64,000 nt of DNA, from IMG/VR virus record IMGVR_UViG_3300044701_002789, positions 1-64,000 of that record; one strand, 5' to 3'. Shown here in pieces: positions 9,756 through 20,192 of the stretch. The position numbers were made by a program, and so were the translations under genes. Within the stretch, counting starts at the first letter, position 1. Each line of letters begins with the position of its first letter. The notes beneath the pieces were generated by a model. It worked only from the letters and a program-made list of their open reading frames with translations, was not told where the DNA came from and made no database searches.

Positions 9756-11513
9756 TTATGCGGAGTTTTGTGTTAATGTAACTACACCAGACCTAATCGT
9801 ATCTGGTGGTAAATTAAATGTATTACTAGATCCAGAATTTGATGTATTTGCTGATACTGGTGAAGATGATCCTTGTCCCGTACCCGTTGGTGAATTTAAT
9901 TGTGGATTTGATGGTATTGGTTTTGGATCACCACCGGGAAGTGCTGAACCATCTTGAGATATCTCTGTATATTTAACACATTCTTGTTCATCATCACAAG
10001 TAAAGAATTTTATAATTCCTGAGATAAATTCTAAAGCATTAAACAAACTAAAACCTGCAATGTTTCCACTTAAGATTCCGGCGATTGAAGAAATAAGTGC
10101 ATTTATTGGGGCAAGTGCTTTTTCTAATATTGATGCGATTGGCCCTAAAATACTATTTAAAAGTTCACCAACTAAATTTTCCGCAGCACAAAGAGGAACA
10201 TTAATAACATTATCTAGTAATTTAGAAAGAATGTTTGCTAAAAGAGTTTTAAGACCCGCGATTAACTTATTAAATAAACAATTAATAAGACTTATTCCAT
10301 TTTCCAATTGTTGATCCAATTTAACAGCTTCGCCTGGAAATAAAAATGGTGCAACTGTTTTGATTTTATCTTGAACTTGTTTTAAAATATAACCACGAAT
10401 TCCATTGATAGTATCTTTTGCAAATCTAGAAATTTCTTCAATCGCACCAAAAACTTGTTCTTGAACTTTTGCAGTGAATTCTGTAATTTTTGCAGAGAAT
10501 GCAGATACTTGATTAAATTTCTTTTTAAGATCTTCTATCGTATTAATAAGATTTTTTAGGATTCTCTGTATTCCTTTTGTGCGAGAATTATTCTTCTTAC
10601 AAACATCCAATAGAGGAATTTTCTTCCTCATATCAATGTCCTGTAAATTAGTTGCTTCGGTTCTTACATGTTGCGCTTCTGTTATTTGTAATGGTGTCTG
10701 TCCAATAATTCTATCATCAGGAACTAAAGCAGCTCTCAGTGGATCACCATCAGTATAAGTATTGTTAAACTGTTGATACCCTTGATTACAATTTCCAACC
10801 GAACCTGCATCTGATCCAGGTTTTCTAGATGCTTTGACTGTTGCGATTAATACTTGCCTTTCAACTTCGGATGCAGAAAGACCTGCTGCCCTTGCCTTTT
10901 GTCTTGCCTCAGTTGCTGCTTTAAAAACTTCCGATGATGGTGTTTTAGATGGATCTAATAGTTTTATAAGTTGCGCAATACTTAATTGATCCACATTTGG
11001 TGGAACCGGAACATTTGCTAAACTACCGGGACCAGTTCTTGGTGTTGGTGGTGTTGTTGTTGAAACAGATCCTCCAGATGAAGTTGTTGCGGGTTGATTT
11101 GGTGCAGATTCCCCTCTTACTCTTGGAACATTGTTATTGGAGTTTCCAATAACTCCCATAATATAACCCTCTTGACCTGCCATTCCATCCATAAAGAATC
11201 CAAATACAACGGATCCCGATTCAATTGATGGTGTTTCTGTTGCACCACCATGACCAGAACCAGCAGTTACAGGCATTACGACCTGACAATATGCCATGTC
11301 TTTTGGTGGAAGTTTATCTAATTCTCCAGTATGCCAATTAAACACGCGAACCTTATAACGATGTCCCCATCCCTTAATTCCGGTAACATTCGTAAAAGTT
11401 TCACCTTGAATATTATCCGACCAAGTTTCTTTTTGCTCCACTCTACCCAACCACCAAGGTGGATTCATGAAAAATTGAGGATTAAACAAAGAACCTGCAG
11501 TTACATCAGACAT
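9756..11513 (-). CDS. baseplate hub protein, gp5-like N-terminal OB fold
   Basis: WWLGRVE..RYKVRV..VFGFFMDGMAGQEGYIMG matches the T4 gp5 N-terminal pattern. Confidence 0.75.
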   Translation of the reverse strand: MSDVTAGSLFNPQFFMNPPWWLGRVEQKETWSDNIQGETFTNVTGIKGWGHRYKVRVFNWHTGELDKLPPKDMAYCQVVMPVTAGSGHGGATETPSIESGSVVFGFFMDGMAGQEGYIMGVIGNSNNNVPRVRGESAPNQPATTSSGGSVSTTTPPTPRTGPGSLANVPVPPNVDQLSIAQLIKLLDPSKTPSSEVFKAATEARQKARAAGLSASEVERQVLIATVKASRKPGSDAGSVGNCNQGYQQFNNTYTDGDPLRAALVPDDRIIGQTPLQITEAQHVRTEATNLQDIDMRKKIPLLDVCKKNNSRTKGIQRILKNLINTIEDLKKKFNQVSAFSAKITEFTAKVQEQVFGAIEEISRFAKDTINGIRGYILKQVQDKIKTVAPFLFPGEAVKLDQQLENGISLINCLFNKLIAGLKTLLANILSKLLDNVINVPLCAAENLVGELLNSILGPIASILEKALAPINALISSIAGILSGNIAGFSLFNALEFISGIIKFFTCDDEQECVKYTEISQDGSALPGGDPKPIPSNPQLNSPTGTGQGSSSPVSANTSNSGSSNTFNLPPDTIRSGVVTLTQNSA

Positions 11514-11518
11514 ATTAA

Positions 11519-11749
11519 TTAGTTATCGTATATACGGCATTCTAATGCGTCAGGATGAGAATCGCAATATAATTCTAATGTTGTTGGATCATGATCATCA
11601 TCAGGATGATTAATTTGATATTTTTCAAGAGAATCCAATTCATCTTCCAAATGTCTTCTTCTTTGACTATTTGTGTTTGGATTATTTAACTCATCAATAT
11701 CATCATTGATGTGTTGTTGCAAAGATTTATCCATCTTAACTGCGGACAT
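11519..11749 (-). CDS. cp12: CP12 Calvin-cycle inhibitor (auxiliary metabolic gene)
   Basis: C-terminal LELYCDSHPDALECRIYDN CP12 motif. Confidence 0.9.
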   Translation of the reverse strand: MSAVKMDKSLQQHINDDIDELNNPNTNSQRRRHLEDELDSLEKYQINHPDDDHDPTTLELYCDSHPDALECRIYDN

Positions 11750-11762
11750 TTTTTATTATTTA

Positions 11763-13070
11763 TTACATTTTCATTGATCTTCTTCCGTAAGCTTCACGAA
11801 TTAATTCTAAAGAAGTATAACATTGTTGTTGTGGATCTATTCTATGACATAAACTTGAAATTAAATATACTCCACTAATTCTTGGATCTTGAGTTGGATT
11901 TGGTTTTGTAGATTGTTCTGGGAAATCACAATATATTAATTGTCCAGCTTCCAAACTAAAATCTCCCGCAATTGTAATTTGAACCTTAACAGTAAATGCT
12001 TGATTGTATCTAGATGAAGAGGCTGAAAGATAATCTTTTTTAATGGTGTCCAGTTCTCTTGATTGTTCAACTGGCAACAAATTACCGATAGATTCTGTCC
12101 CCGTAAAAAATCTTGATGGATTTGAAATAAAATCAAGATTCATATTTTTACCAAATTCAGTCGCAAGAGAATTTGTGAATCCTACTTGTTGTGCAATATC
12201 TAATGGATTGCAATTATATACACTTTCTAATGTATTGAATAAATTCACCGAGGAATTATATGTTCCCATCTGAAGTTGATCTCTAAGATCCGCATCATCA
12301 ATAACTTCAGAACTTAGTATTTTTCCAGTGTATCCTGGAGGTGGATCCGAAACAGTATTATTTTGAATATATTTCTTAATGTATTCTTGGCCAAATAAAC
12401 CATCTATGGATTTAAATTTATAACCACTTTTTGTTTCAAAGAAAAAATAACCAGCGAGTAATCCAGCAGCAGTTGTATTTTCTTTAATTGATTGGGACGC
12501 TAACCACATTATAAAGTAAAAGGGTTTTTTAATAGTAGCAATAAAAGATCTACTATTTTTAGTTGGTTCAATGTCTATTGTTTTATTGGTTCTTAATCCT
12601 TCAGTATCAGTTTTAATAATTTTAGTTACAGAATCTGAAATTTTTCCATCATATCTTTTCTTTAATCTTACACTTTCATTCTTTAAAAACTCTTTAGATA
12701 CTAATTCTATGATTTCAAATTCTCTAAGTTTATCGCTACCTTTACTTCTACCACTGATATACATTGCGGTATCATCAGTCTTAAAAGATATTTTTTGTTC
12801 TAAAGCATCTTCAAGTTCAATATAAACTTTTTCTCCTCTACTTATTTTTATCTTATTGGATGCGGTTATTCTACCACCAGTACCGTCATTTCCATCTGAA
12901 GCATAACCAGTGTCAGTAAATGCTATTGTCATTCTTACGGTTTCGGATAATATATTTTCATAATAATATAATTCAGATATTCCACCATTAAAAGCTACTG
13001 GTTCACCTCCAGTGTTCGGAAATACCTTAAAAATAGGTACATTACTTTTTGTTAGGATTTCTATTCTCAT
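11763..13070 (-). CDS. baseplate hub protein (gp27-like)
   Basis: 435 aa; YFFFETKSGYKFKSIDGL and GDFSLEAG..SGVYLISSLCH motifs; position. Confidence 0.65.
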   Translation of the reverse strand: MRIEILTKSNVPIFKVFPNTGGEPVAFNGGISELYYYENILSETVRMTIAFTDTGYASDGNDGTGGRITASNKIKISRGEKVYIELEDALEQKISFKTDDTAMYISGRSKGSDKLREFEIIELVSKEFLKNESVRLKKRYDGKISDSVTKIIKTDTEGLRTNKTIDIEPTKNSRSFIATIKKPFYFIMWLASQSIKENTTAAGLLAGYFFFETKSGYKFKSIDGLFGQEYIKKYIQNNTVSDPPPGYTGKILSSEVIDDADLRDQLQMGTYNSSVNLFNTLESVYNCNPLDIAQQVGFTNSLATEFGKNMNLDFISNPSRFFTGTESIGNLLPVEQSRELDTIKKDYLSASSSRYNQAFTVKVQITIAGDFSLEAGQLIYCDFPEQSTKPNPTQDPRISGVYLISSLCHRIDPQQQCYTSLELIREAYGRRSMKM

Positions 13071-16000
13071 CCTATAACCTCTAAGTTTTCGAATGTATTA
13101 TTATTTACTATTTTGGAAATTACTAAACTTCCACCACCTCTTCCAATAGGAATTGGAACAACTTCGGGATCAGTAGGAACTCTCATAATTACAACTTCTT
13201 GTTGTACATCATAATCCATATATCCAGAAATGGATTTTAGTTTTTCAATTATTCCTGGTGCTCTAGCAATTAATTGTGATTTGTTTTCAATATCAATTAT
13301 TTCTTTTGCCAGGTCAAATCCAAAAAGATCTACGGAGTCTTTATCTATTACTTTAAATAATTCTCCTTTATGCAATTTCAAAATAAATCCATCTCTAGGA
13401 ACAATACCAAAGTTCTCTCCATGAAATGCATAATAATCTGGAGCACCCGAATTTAATTTCATTAATTGTTGTGGCGCAAGAGTACCATCTGGTTTATATC
13501 TACCATGTCCAACAAATGCATTCGTTCCAACAACATCAGCAGATACACCATAACCATCAGTTGCACTATATTTCATATTTCTAAGTGCAAGAGGAAAAGC
13601 AACTTTATTTCCTTTACCAGTACCTCCTATTTGTAAATCTAATTCTGTTTTTCTATGTGCTGCTTGTCCTCTTGAAATATATGCTCTTATTTTTTCATCA
13701 CTAGAATTTACGGGAATAGTTTCTCCAGATCTTCCGACGTAAATTGACTTTTTCCCCAAAAAATGTTTAATCACTCTGAATCCAGCTGTCGCAACTCCAG
13801 ATCCATCTCCAGGTTTATTTGTTCCTATATGAAAATGAGTACCTTTTGACCTCCCAGAGTTTCCTTGAATAAATCTACCATCTCCGCCTCGGGTCATGCC
13901 AGAAAAATCTGCAGATGTTGGAATTTGGTATCCTTTTTTAGTTCTAAATCTTTGTAAACTTGCAAGATATTGTGCATGTATTTTTGGACCTTTATCATTT
14001 TGAATGTATTCTGCAGGTCGTTCCCATTTTCTCATCCACCAATCCGCAGCTTGCTGAGAAGAAGAAAACTTTGTATTTAAGTATTGTTGACTTGGTTCAC
14101 CTTTTTCCGTTAATGCATAATCAATTTGTCCTTTCCAATTAGATGCATAATTTGGAACTGCTCTTAAAAAATTACCTTTTCTTGGTTCATTTGAATATTG
14201 GAAAAGACCCACTCCTGGCCCTCCTTGTTCAGATACTCCTGGTCTAAATCCACTCTCTCTATGAATATTAGCCATAATACCTAAAGCATGAATATCACTC
14301 ATTCCTTTGGATATTAAATAATTGTATATGTCTCCTTGTAATCCTTCTGGGGAAAATTGACCCGCAATACCACCAGCACCATCATCACCCTCATTACCTC
14401 TATTAATATTTTCTTCAATCATCTCCTCCCTACCAGTTGGTCGTAATGCCAACTCTTGGGATAACTTGCGAATAGTTGCATTAACATCTCTGGAAACAGA
14501 TTCTTCTACTGATCTTGCTATTACTTTCGTATAATCTTCTCCTTGAAAGAATTGTCTCGCATCCACTTCTCCGCCCCCAGAAAATGCAAGCAATGAAGAA
14601 TCAAAAATTCTTCTCATCCAAGAATTTAATCCCTTACCAACATTCAAATAATCTATTTTATCTGGTGACTGACCTAAAATAGATTTGAATATAATTGTAG
14701 AGATAGTACCAAATATATCTGTTGATTTGCTCCAAATATCATTATAAGTCTTCAGTAAAAACTCTTGGGGATTAGGTGTTTTTCCAGTCGTAGTTGGAGA
14801 TTTTTTCTTTACTTGGGATTCATCTTGCGATTGACTTTGCCTTACTCTTGCCGCTCCCCCAAACCACCCAAAAGGATCCCACCAAGGTCTTTGTGTTTGT
14901 TTCTTTTTAGTATCTGGGAATACCTTTTGAACTTTTTCTTCGCCGCCAATACTTGCCCCAGGTCTTATTTTTCTGGGCATTATTGAAATAGTTCTAGATG
15001 GTTTTTTCTTCTTTATGGTTCTTCTAGGGCGTGAAGTTTTTCCAGATATTTTTGGTTGACCTCCTCCAGCAGCTCTTACGGGTTTTTGTTTTTTTTGCTT
15101 TTTGGGAGGTTTATTGCCAAAAAACATATCATAAAGAACACCACCGGCTTCAGAACCTGCCCAAGACCCCAGAAATGCGCCAATAGGCCCACCAATAGCA
15201 GTACCTATTGCACCCACAAGAACAGCACCAATTCCTTTAAAGGCTGCTTTACCTATAGGTTCCCCCAGTGCCCAAGACAAACCAAATTCAATTAGTCCAC
15301 CAATAATCGGTATTTTATTGACTAAAGGTTTTACGAACTTGAGAATTTGCTTTGCTCCACTTTTTCCCGCCGCACCAACAAAAGCATTTCTTGCAACTCT
15401 TGATATAAATCCTCTTCCACCACTTCTAGGTAAATTAGTTAAATTTTTACTTCCAAATCTAGTTTTAAATTGATCTACACCATATCTTCTAGCATATCTC
15501 TGTTGAGCATTTTTTCCAACTCTATTACCCTTCAAATCATAACCACGTTTTCCTGGGGAAGATCTACCAGTGTCAAGATCACCACTCAAAGAAGATAATG
15601 CTGCAACAACTGCAAGATCAAAAACTAAATTTAAATTATCCGTAAAAGTATCAAATAATTTTAAAACACCATCACCGCCTATATTACCAAGAAATGTGCG
15701 AGTGCTTTTGTATATTTTATTCCCCCAGTCAACAAAGGTAATAAAACCATCTAATAATTTGCCGCCCCAATTTATAAAAAATTCTCCAGCAGAAATTATA
15801 ACTGGAACAATTTTCAAAAGTTTTGGTAGAAAATCTATTAATCTAACGAATATGAATCCCAAAAATGTTTGCGTTATATAGTTTTTTATCCAATCAAATA
15901 TTCCTAATTTTGGTGTTGATGGTAATTTTAATTTATTATCCTGTTTTGGTTTTTTCTTTTCTAGTTCTTTTTCCCTCTTTTCAAACTCAGATTTCTCTAA

Positions 16001-16291
16001 ATTCAATCTAGAAATCTTTGCCTGTTTTTTTCTTAAAGATAAATTCTTGTTTAATAGTTTATCAATTTTTACTACTTTTGTATATGACTTTTCGCAACAA
16101 TTTTCTTTAGATTCCGGTTGTTTTTTATCTTCACCGACAAAAGGAACTAGAGCATTAGTTGGTTCAACTTTATTGGCATTTTTTGGTTTAATACTATTGT
16201 ATGGCAGTTTATTTTGATTAGGAACAATCGCCAAATTACTCTTGGTGTTCTTTATAAGTGGAGAATTTGATAGAGGTATTAAACTTGCCAT
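13067..16291 (-). CDS. tape-measure/hub-like protein with phage tail lysozyme and M23-like region
   Basis: hydrophobic Gly-rich helices; GIMANIHRESGF..GVGLFQY; GNSGRSKGTHFHI. Confidence 0.65.
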   Translation of the reverse strand: MASLIPLSNSPLIKNTKSNLAIVPNQNKLPYNSIKPKNANKVEPTNALVPFVGEDKKQPESKENCCEKSYTKVVKIDKLLNKNLSLRKKQAKISRLNLEKSEFEKREKELEKKKPKQDNKLKLPSTPKLGIFDWIKNYITQTFLGFIFVRLIDFLPKLLKIVPVIISAGEFFINWGGKLLDGFITFVDWGNKIYKSTRTFLGNIGGDGVLKLFDTFTDNLNLVFDLAVVAALSSLSGDLDTGRSSPGKRGYDLKGNRVGKNAQQRYARRYGVDQFKTRFGSKNLTNLPRSGGRGFISRVARNAFVGAAGKSGAKQILKFVKPLVNKIPIIGGLIEFGLSWALGEPIGKAAFKGIGAVLVGAIGTAIGGPIGAFLGSWAGSEAGGVLYDMFFGNKPPKKQKKQKPVRAAGGGQPKISGKTSRPRRTIKKKKPSRTISIMPRKIRPGASIGGEEKVQKVFPDTKKKQTQRPWWDPFGWFGGAARVRQSQSQDESQVKKKSPTTTGKTPNPQEFLLKTYNDIWSKSTDIFGTISTIIFKSILGQSPDKIDYLNVGKGLNSWMRRIFDSSLLAFSGGGEVDARQFFQGEDYTKVIARSVEESVSRDVNATIRKLSQELALRPTGREEMIEENINRGNEGDDGAGGIAGQFSPEGLQGDIYNYLISKGMSDIHALGIMANIHRESGFRPGVSEQGGPGVGLFQYSNEPRKGNFLRAVPNYASNWKGQIDYALTEKGEPSQQYLNTKFSSSQQAADWWMRKWERPAEYIQNDKGPKIHAQYLASLQRFRTKKGYQIPTSADFSGMTRGGDGRFIQGNSGRSKGTHFHIGTNKPGDGSGVATAGFRVIKHFLGKKSIYVGRSGETIPVNSSDEKIRAYISRGQAAHRKTELDLQIGGTGKGNKVAFPLALRNMKYSATDGYGVSADVVGTNAFVGHGRYKPDGTLAPQQLMKLNSGAPDYYAFHGENFGIVPRDGFILKLHKGELFKVIDKDSVDLFGFDLAKEIIDIENKSQLIARAPGIIEKLKSISGYMDYDVQQEVVIMRVPTDPEVVPIPIGRGGGSLVISKIVNNNTFENLEVIG

Positions 16292-16294
16292 TTT

Positions 16295-19243
16295 TTATTT
16301 TCTAACTCCTAATGTTGATTGCGCAACGGATGTTCCTTTAGGATGCAATGGACTGAATGATGGTGGTTTTGATTTTGATGGAACGTTGACGGAAGATTTT
16401 CTATTTTGACCCGAGACTTTACCCAAATCTATAATTTTTGGTTTTGATGTGGATCTAGTTAAAGGAGTTACTGGTGATCTCATCTTTGGTCCACTGGAAA
16501 ATCTTACGGGTGATGATGAGTTTGTTGGAGATAATTTATTAGTATCATAACCTTTTTTTGATGCATTGGAATTTCCATCCAACATTGACTGGATTACATT
16601 TGCATAATCAATAGCACCTTTTTCTGTTGCTTTTTTGGTAAAAATATATCTAGATTCTCCTGGTTGAGCAAAATATGAAAAATACTGTCTATCAGATCCT
16701 CCCAATTTTTTTCCATCTGGACTATAATCAGAACCAGAATTTTCTTTAATCATTCCTCCACCTTGATACTTTTTAGAAGATTCTTCATTTGGTGTTATCA
16801 TTCCTCCACCTTGATACTTTTTAGAAGATTCTTCATTTGGTGTTATCATTCCTCCCATCATGTTTCTAATATCATTATTCTCTGAAATATTATTTGCAAT
16901 AGGTGTAACCTTACCGCCATGTTGAAACTTAAAGAAATTTGGATTGAAATTTATACCAAAAAAAGAATTGTTATTTTTTGGTGGGGAGTTTGTTTCTTTT
17001 GGTTTTTGAGGTGCAATAGACCTTGATAAATCTTTTGGTCCACTTAAAATCAATTTTCGTTCTAAGGCTATTCTAGATGGAGAAGGGCCGCCCCTTTGAA
17101 CATGGGTGGCGGCACTAACCATATCACCTTTAGTAAGAGCGGATGTTAGATTTCTATATGCACCTATAGGACCATATGGAGCATTATACCCAACTAATGT
17201 AACTCCGGCTCTTTGATTATCACTCATTTTATTCCAAGTAGGAATCTTTTTACTATAAACTTTACCCAAGTTCATAATATTGGTATTAAGAATATTGTCT
17301 GCCTTGGACTTTGTAATTGTATCTCCAGGTTTAACTGGTTTAGTACCATTCAATATACTATCATAATATGTTGATCCCCACCCTATTGTTGGTTGCCCCA
17401 CACTGTCAATATATGAATGAATATTTGTTTGTGGTGATATTGTATTCCATGCTTTTCCGGATATAACACTTTTTCCTCCAGGTTTAATATAATCATTTTG
17501 CCCTTTAGATAATGAAGATAGTGCTTCATCATGCTTCAAATGCTTAGATACTGTTTGAACAAATCCACCACCTGCGGCATAAGTTATACCGTTTGCAATT
17601 TGTGGAACATTAGTTCCTCCACCAGCAGCATTCATAGATTCTAATGTTTCAACACCATATTTTTTAACTGCTCCAGCAGACATAACAAATTCTCCATCAC
17701 TAAGCATCGCTGGTACTTTATCATCTTTAGGTCCACCAGGACCTTTTACCATACCACTAGATGGTGCATTATTCATACTTCCAAATAAATCATTTAAACC
17801 ACCATTAGAAAATTTTAATAATGCTACATTTCCTCCCCCAGAGTATTTTTGAGTTGGAGGAGTTCTTTCTTGCTGTGATTCATTTTTTCCAGTGACATCT
17901 CCGAGGAATTTAGCAGTACCAATAGTAACAGCAGCTGTTGTTGCAAGTTGTAAACCTGCACCTATAAGTTTGCCTTTTGTTCCCAAAAAATTTCCAACTT
18001 TTGCAGCAGCACCCCGTTTACCAATAAAGGAAAGTAAACGAGGCAAAACTGCTTTAGTTAATTTTAAAGATCCCGCAATAAGTATTTTGGATAATGAACC
18101 AATAGCTCTACCAAATCCAGTTCCAAATCTTAGATATAATGCAGCAAGTATAGGCCATTTATCAGATAAAAACTCAATAATAGTTTTTATTTTACTTTGA
18201 TTATCAGGATCCGCAATCCATTCCAGCAATTTAATGAATACTTTACCAAGAATTATATTAGTAATATAATTCAATATCATATCCCAAATAGATTGAAATG
18301 GTTTAGTTATTGCTGATAATGCCTTTCCAATCCCCTTGAATGAATTGGATTCCATTTGATTTTCTCTATCTTGTCTGCTTCTTTTCTCTCTTGTTCTTCT
18401 TTCCTTTTCTGATCTATTTGTTTCAAAATTATTAATTTCAGTAAGAGTGCTTATAATAGAATCTAGTTTTTCCCCGATCCTTTCACAGCATGTTTTTTGG
18501 GGTGTTCTAATTACTCTGGTCTTTTTAGTTACATCTTTTACATCTACCTCTTCAATTTTAGGTTCATAACGAAGTCTTTCTGTGGATAATTTTGAAACCG
18601 GAGATTTTATTATCGCAGAAGTTTTTGGTTCGGAGACATTAGAAGTTCCCGGAGGATTTTTATCACCAGAAACTTTAGTTTTTGTTTCTTTTAAATTAAA
18701 TGTTTTTGTTTCTTTATCTTTTATTCTCCATACTCTTTTAAGTTCTCCTTCAAGAAGTTGTTGAGTTTCAAAAGGAAGTTTTGTATTTACTAATCTATAT
18801 GAAGCAAGTGTAGTTTTAATTGCATCAAAATATGTCTTTGCATTAATTTTAGTTCCTGCTTTTAACTTCAGAAAAACAAGAATACCCTCATCTACTTGGT
18901 GATCTATTGTAACATTTTCAACTTTTTGTCCAGGTTCATCTTTCCGCGATGAAACTTCTGCATTTATGCGAGGTAACGTATTTGTTCTATTTACTCTAGC
19001 ACTTTTTATTTTTATCTCAATAATTCCAGTTTTATTTTTTACCCTATTAAGTTCTTTTTGTAATAAATCTACTTGCTCTTGACTTAAATTACTATCGCCC
19101 AACTGATTTTCAATAAGAATCTCCGCGATTCTAGATCTATAATCTTCATAATCAATATTAGTTAACTGAGCATCATCAAATTGAAGCAAATCAAAAATTG
19201 CTCTTTCAATAGTGTGAGTAATAACTTTTGATCTACCATCCAT
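16295..19243 (-). CDS. tape-measure/hub-like protein with GH24 lysozyme domain
   Basis: GPGGPKDDKVPAMLSDGEFV tape-measure motif; HDEA..YIDSVGQPTIGWGST lysozyme motif; 16-aa tandem repeat GGMITPNEESSKKYQG. Confidence 0.7.
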   Translation of the reverse strand: MDGRSKVITHTIERAIFDLLQFDDAQLTNIDYEDYRSRIAEILIENQLGDSNLSQEQVDLLQKELNRVKNKTGIIEIKIKSARVNRTNTLPRINAEVSSRKDEPGQKVENVTIDHQVDEGILVFLKLKAGTKINAKTYFDAIKTTLASYRLVNTKLPFETQQLLEGELKRVWRIKDKETKTFNLKETKTKVSGDKNPPGTSNVSEPKTSAIIKSPVSKLSTERLRYEPKIEEVDVKDVTKKTRVIRTPQKTCCERIGEKLDSIISTLTEINNFETNRSEKERRTREKRSRQDRENQMESNSFKGIGKALSAITKPFQSIWDMILNYITNIILGKVFIKLLEWIADPDNQSKIKTIIEFLSDKWPILAALYLRFGTGFGRAIGSLSKILIAGSLKLTKAVLPRLLSFIGKRGAAAKVGNFLGTKGKLIGAGLQLATTAAVTIGTAKFLGDVTGKNESQQERTPPTQKYSGGGNVALLKFSNGGLNDLFGSMNNAPSSGMVKGPGGPKDDKVPAMLSDGEFVMSAGAVKKYGVETLESMNAAGGGTNVPQIANGITYAAGGGFVQTVSKHLKHDEALSSLSKGQNDYIKPGGKSVISGKAWNTISPQTNIHSYIDSVGQPTIGWGSTYYDSILNGTKPVKPGDTITKSKADNILNTNIMNLGKVYSKKIPTWNKMSDNQRAGVTLVGYNAPYGPIGAYRNLTSALTKGDMVSAATHVQRGGPSPSRIALERKLILSGPKDLSRSIAPQKPKETNSPPKNNNSFFGINFNPNFFKFQHGGKVTPIANNISENNDIRNMMGGMITPNEESSKKYQGGGMITPNEESSKKYQGGGMIKENSGSDYSPDGKKLGGSDRQYFSYFAQPGESRYIFTKKATEKGAIDYANVIQSMLDGNSNASKKGYDTNKLSPTNSSSPVRFSSGPKMRSPVTPLTRSTSKPKIIDLGKVSGQNRKSSVNVPSKSKPPSFSPLHPKGTSVAQSTLGVRK

Positions 19244-19370
19244 GAGATTGTTGTTGCTTTTGTTTTAATTCTTCTTCTTCAATGTGTTGTTTCAACAATT
19301 CAACATATATATCTCTTTCCCAAGGCATCATATTTTCTATTTCTGTCAATGAGTATTTATGGTACTGCAT
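19233..19370 (-). CDS. small baseplate hub assembly protein (cyanophage gp51-like); probably reached by a -1 frameshift from the upstream gene
   Basis: MQYHKYSLTEIENMMPWERDIYVELL; frame stays open upstream to the slippery site at 19427-19433. Confidence 0.8.
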   Translation of the reverse strand: MQYHKYSLTEIENMMPWERDIYVELLKQHIEEEELKQKQQQSHGW

Positions 19371-19420
19371 CAAAGAAAAATTCAAACGAAAATAACTCTC
19401 AAGATCTATATAAATTAAGG

Positions 19421-20140
19421 CTAGGCGAAAAAACTTGATAACCCTTCAAGAGTAACTTCACTTTCAACTTTTGTCTTAGGGTTAGTTACTTTAACTGTAT
19501 GGGAAAGTTTTGGCATAGTTTCAAAATACTTCTCAATTTGTTTAAATTGAGAAGTATTCATTTGATCTAAAAATTCCATGAGTTCTTTTTTGGTCACATC
19601 AGCAGCAACCCATACTTCATCCTCATTATAAATCTTGTCTATACAAGACGCAATAAGTTCAAATGATTGATCAATAGCATTATTATTAGATATATCAAAA
19701 TTGTTTTTGATGAATTGGTCCAATGATGGATACTTCATTTCCATCATCAAACTATCATCTAACTTAATTTTATTAGTATGATCCTTATTTGTTTGTACTT
19801 TAATATCTTCTACGTTGATCTTAACTTCAACAGTAGTTTCTTCATCATCTGGGCAGAATATGTTTACATCTATTTCTTCACCAACAGATTTTGCTCGGAT
19901 ATTTAAGAAAATATATTCTATATCAAATGTTGGTAAAGTTTCAACTTTGATATTCTTGGCTTCTACACAATTTTTAATAACAGTTTTTATTGCTGTAGTA
20001 ATTTGTTTAGTATCCTCAGACTCCAACGCAATAACCAGTAATTTTTCTTCTTTAACTAAAAATGGTCGGTACTTTATTGTTTCGCCAGTAGAAGGTAATT
20101 CCAATTCATAAGTTGGCGTAGCAATTTTTGGTAAAGGCAT
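19421..20140 (-). CDS. baseplate hub subunit/assembly chaperone (T4 gp26-like)
   Basis: MPLPKIATPTYELELPSTG..YRPFLVKEEK..LEGLSSFF. Confidence 0.9.
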   Translation of the reverse strand: MPLPKIATPTYELELPSTGETIKYRPFLVKEEKLLVIALESEDTKQITTAIKTVIKNCVEAKNIKVETLPTFDIEYIFLNIRAKSVGEEIDVNIFCPDDEETTVEVKINVEDIKVQTNKDHTNKIKLDDSLMMEMKYPSLDQFIKNNFDISNNNAIDQSFELIASCIDKIYNEDEVWVAADVTKKELMEFLDQMNTSQFKQIEKYFETMPKLSHTVKVTNPKTKVESEVTLEGLSSFFA

Positions 20141-20192
20141 AATCCTTAAAACAATTCAGGTGTTTTTATTTATATGCATATTATTAATTAAT

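Noticed and set aside
11519-11749. cp12 inside the baseplate operon as an anomaly
   Set aside because: cp12 is a well-known cyanophage auxiliary gene and is not novel.
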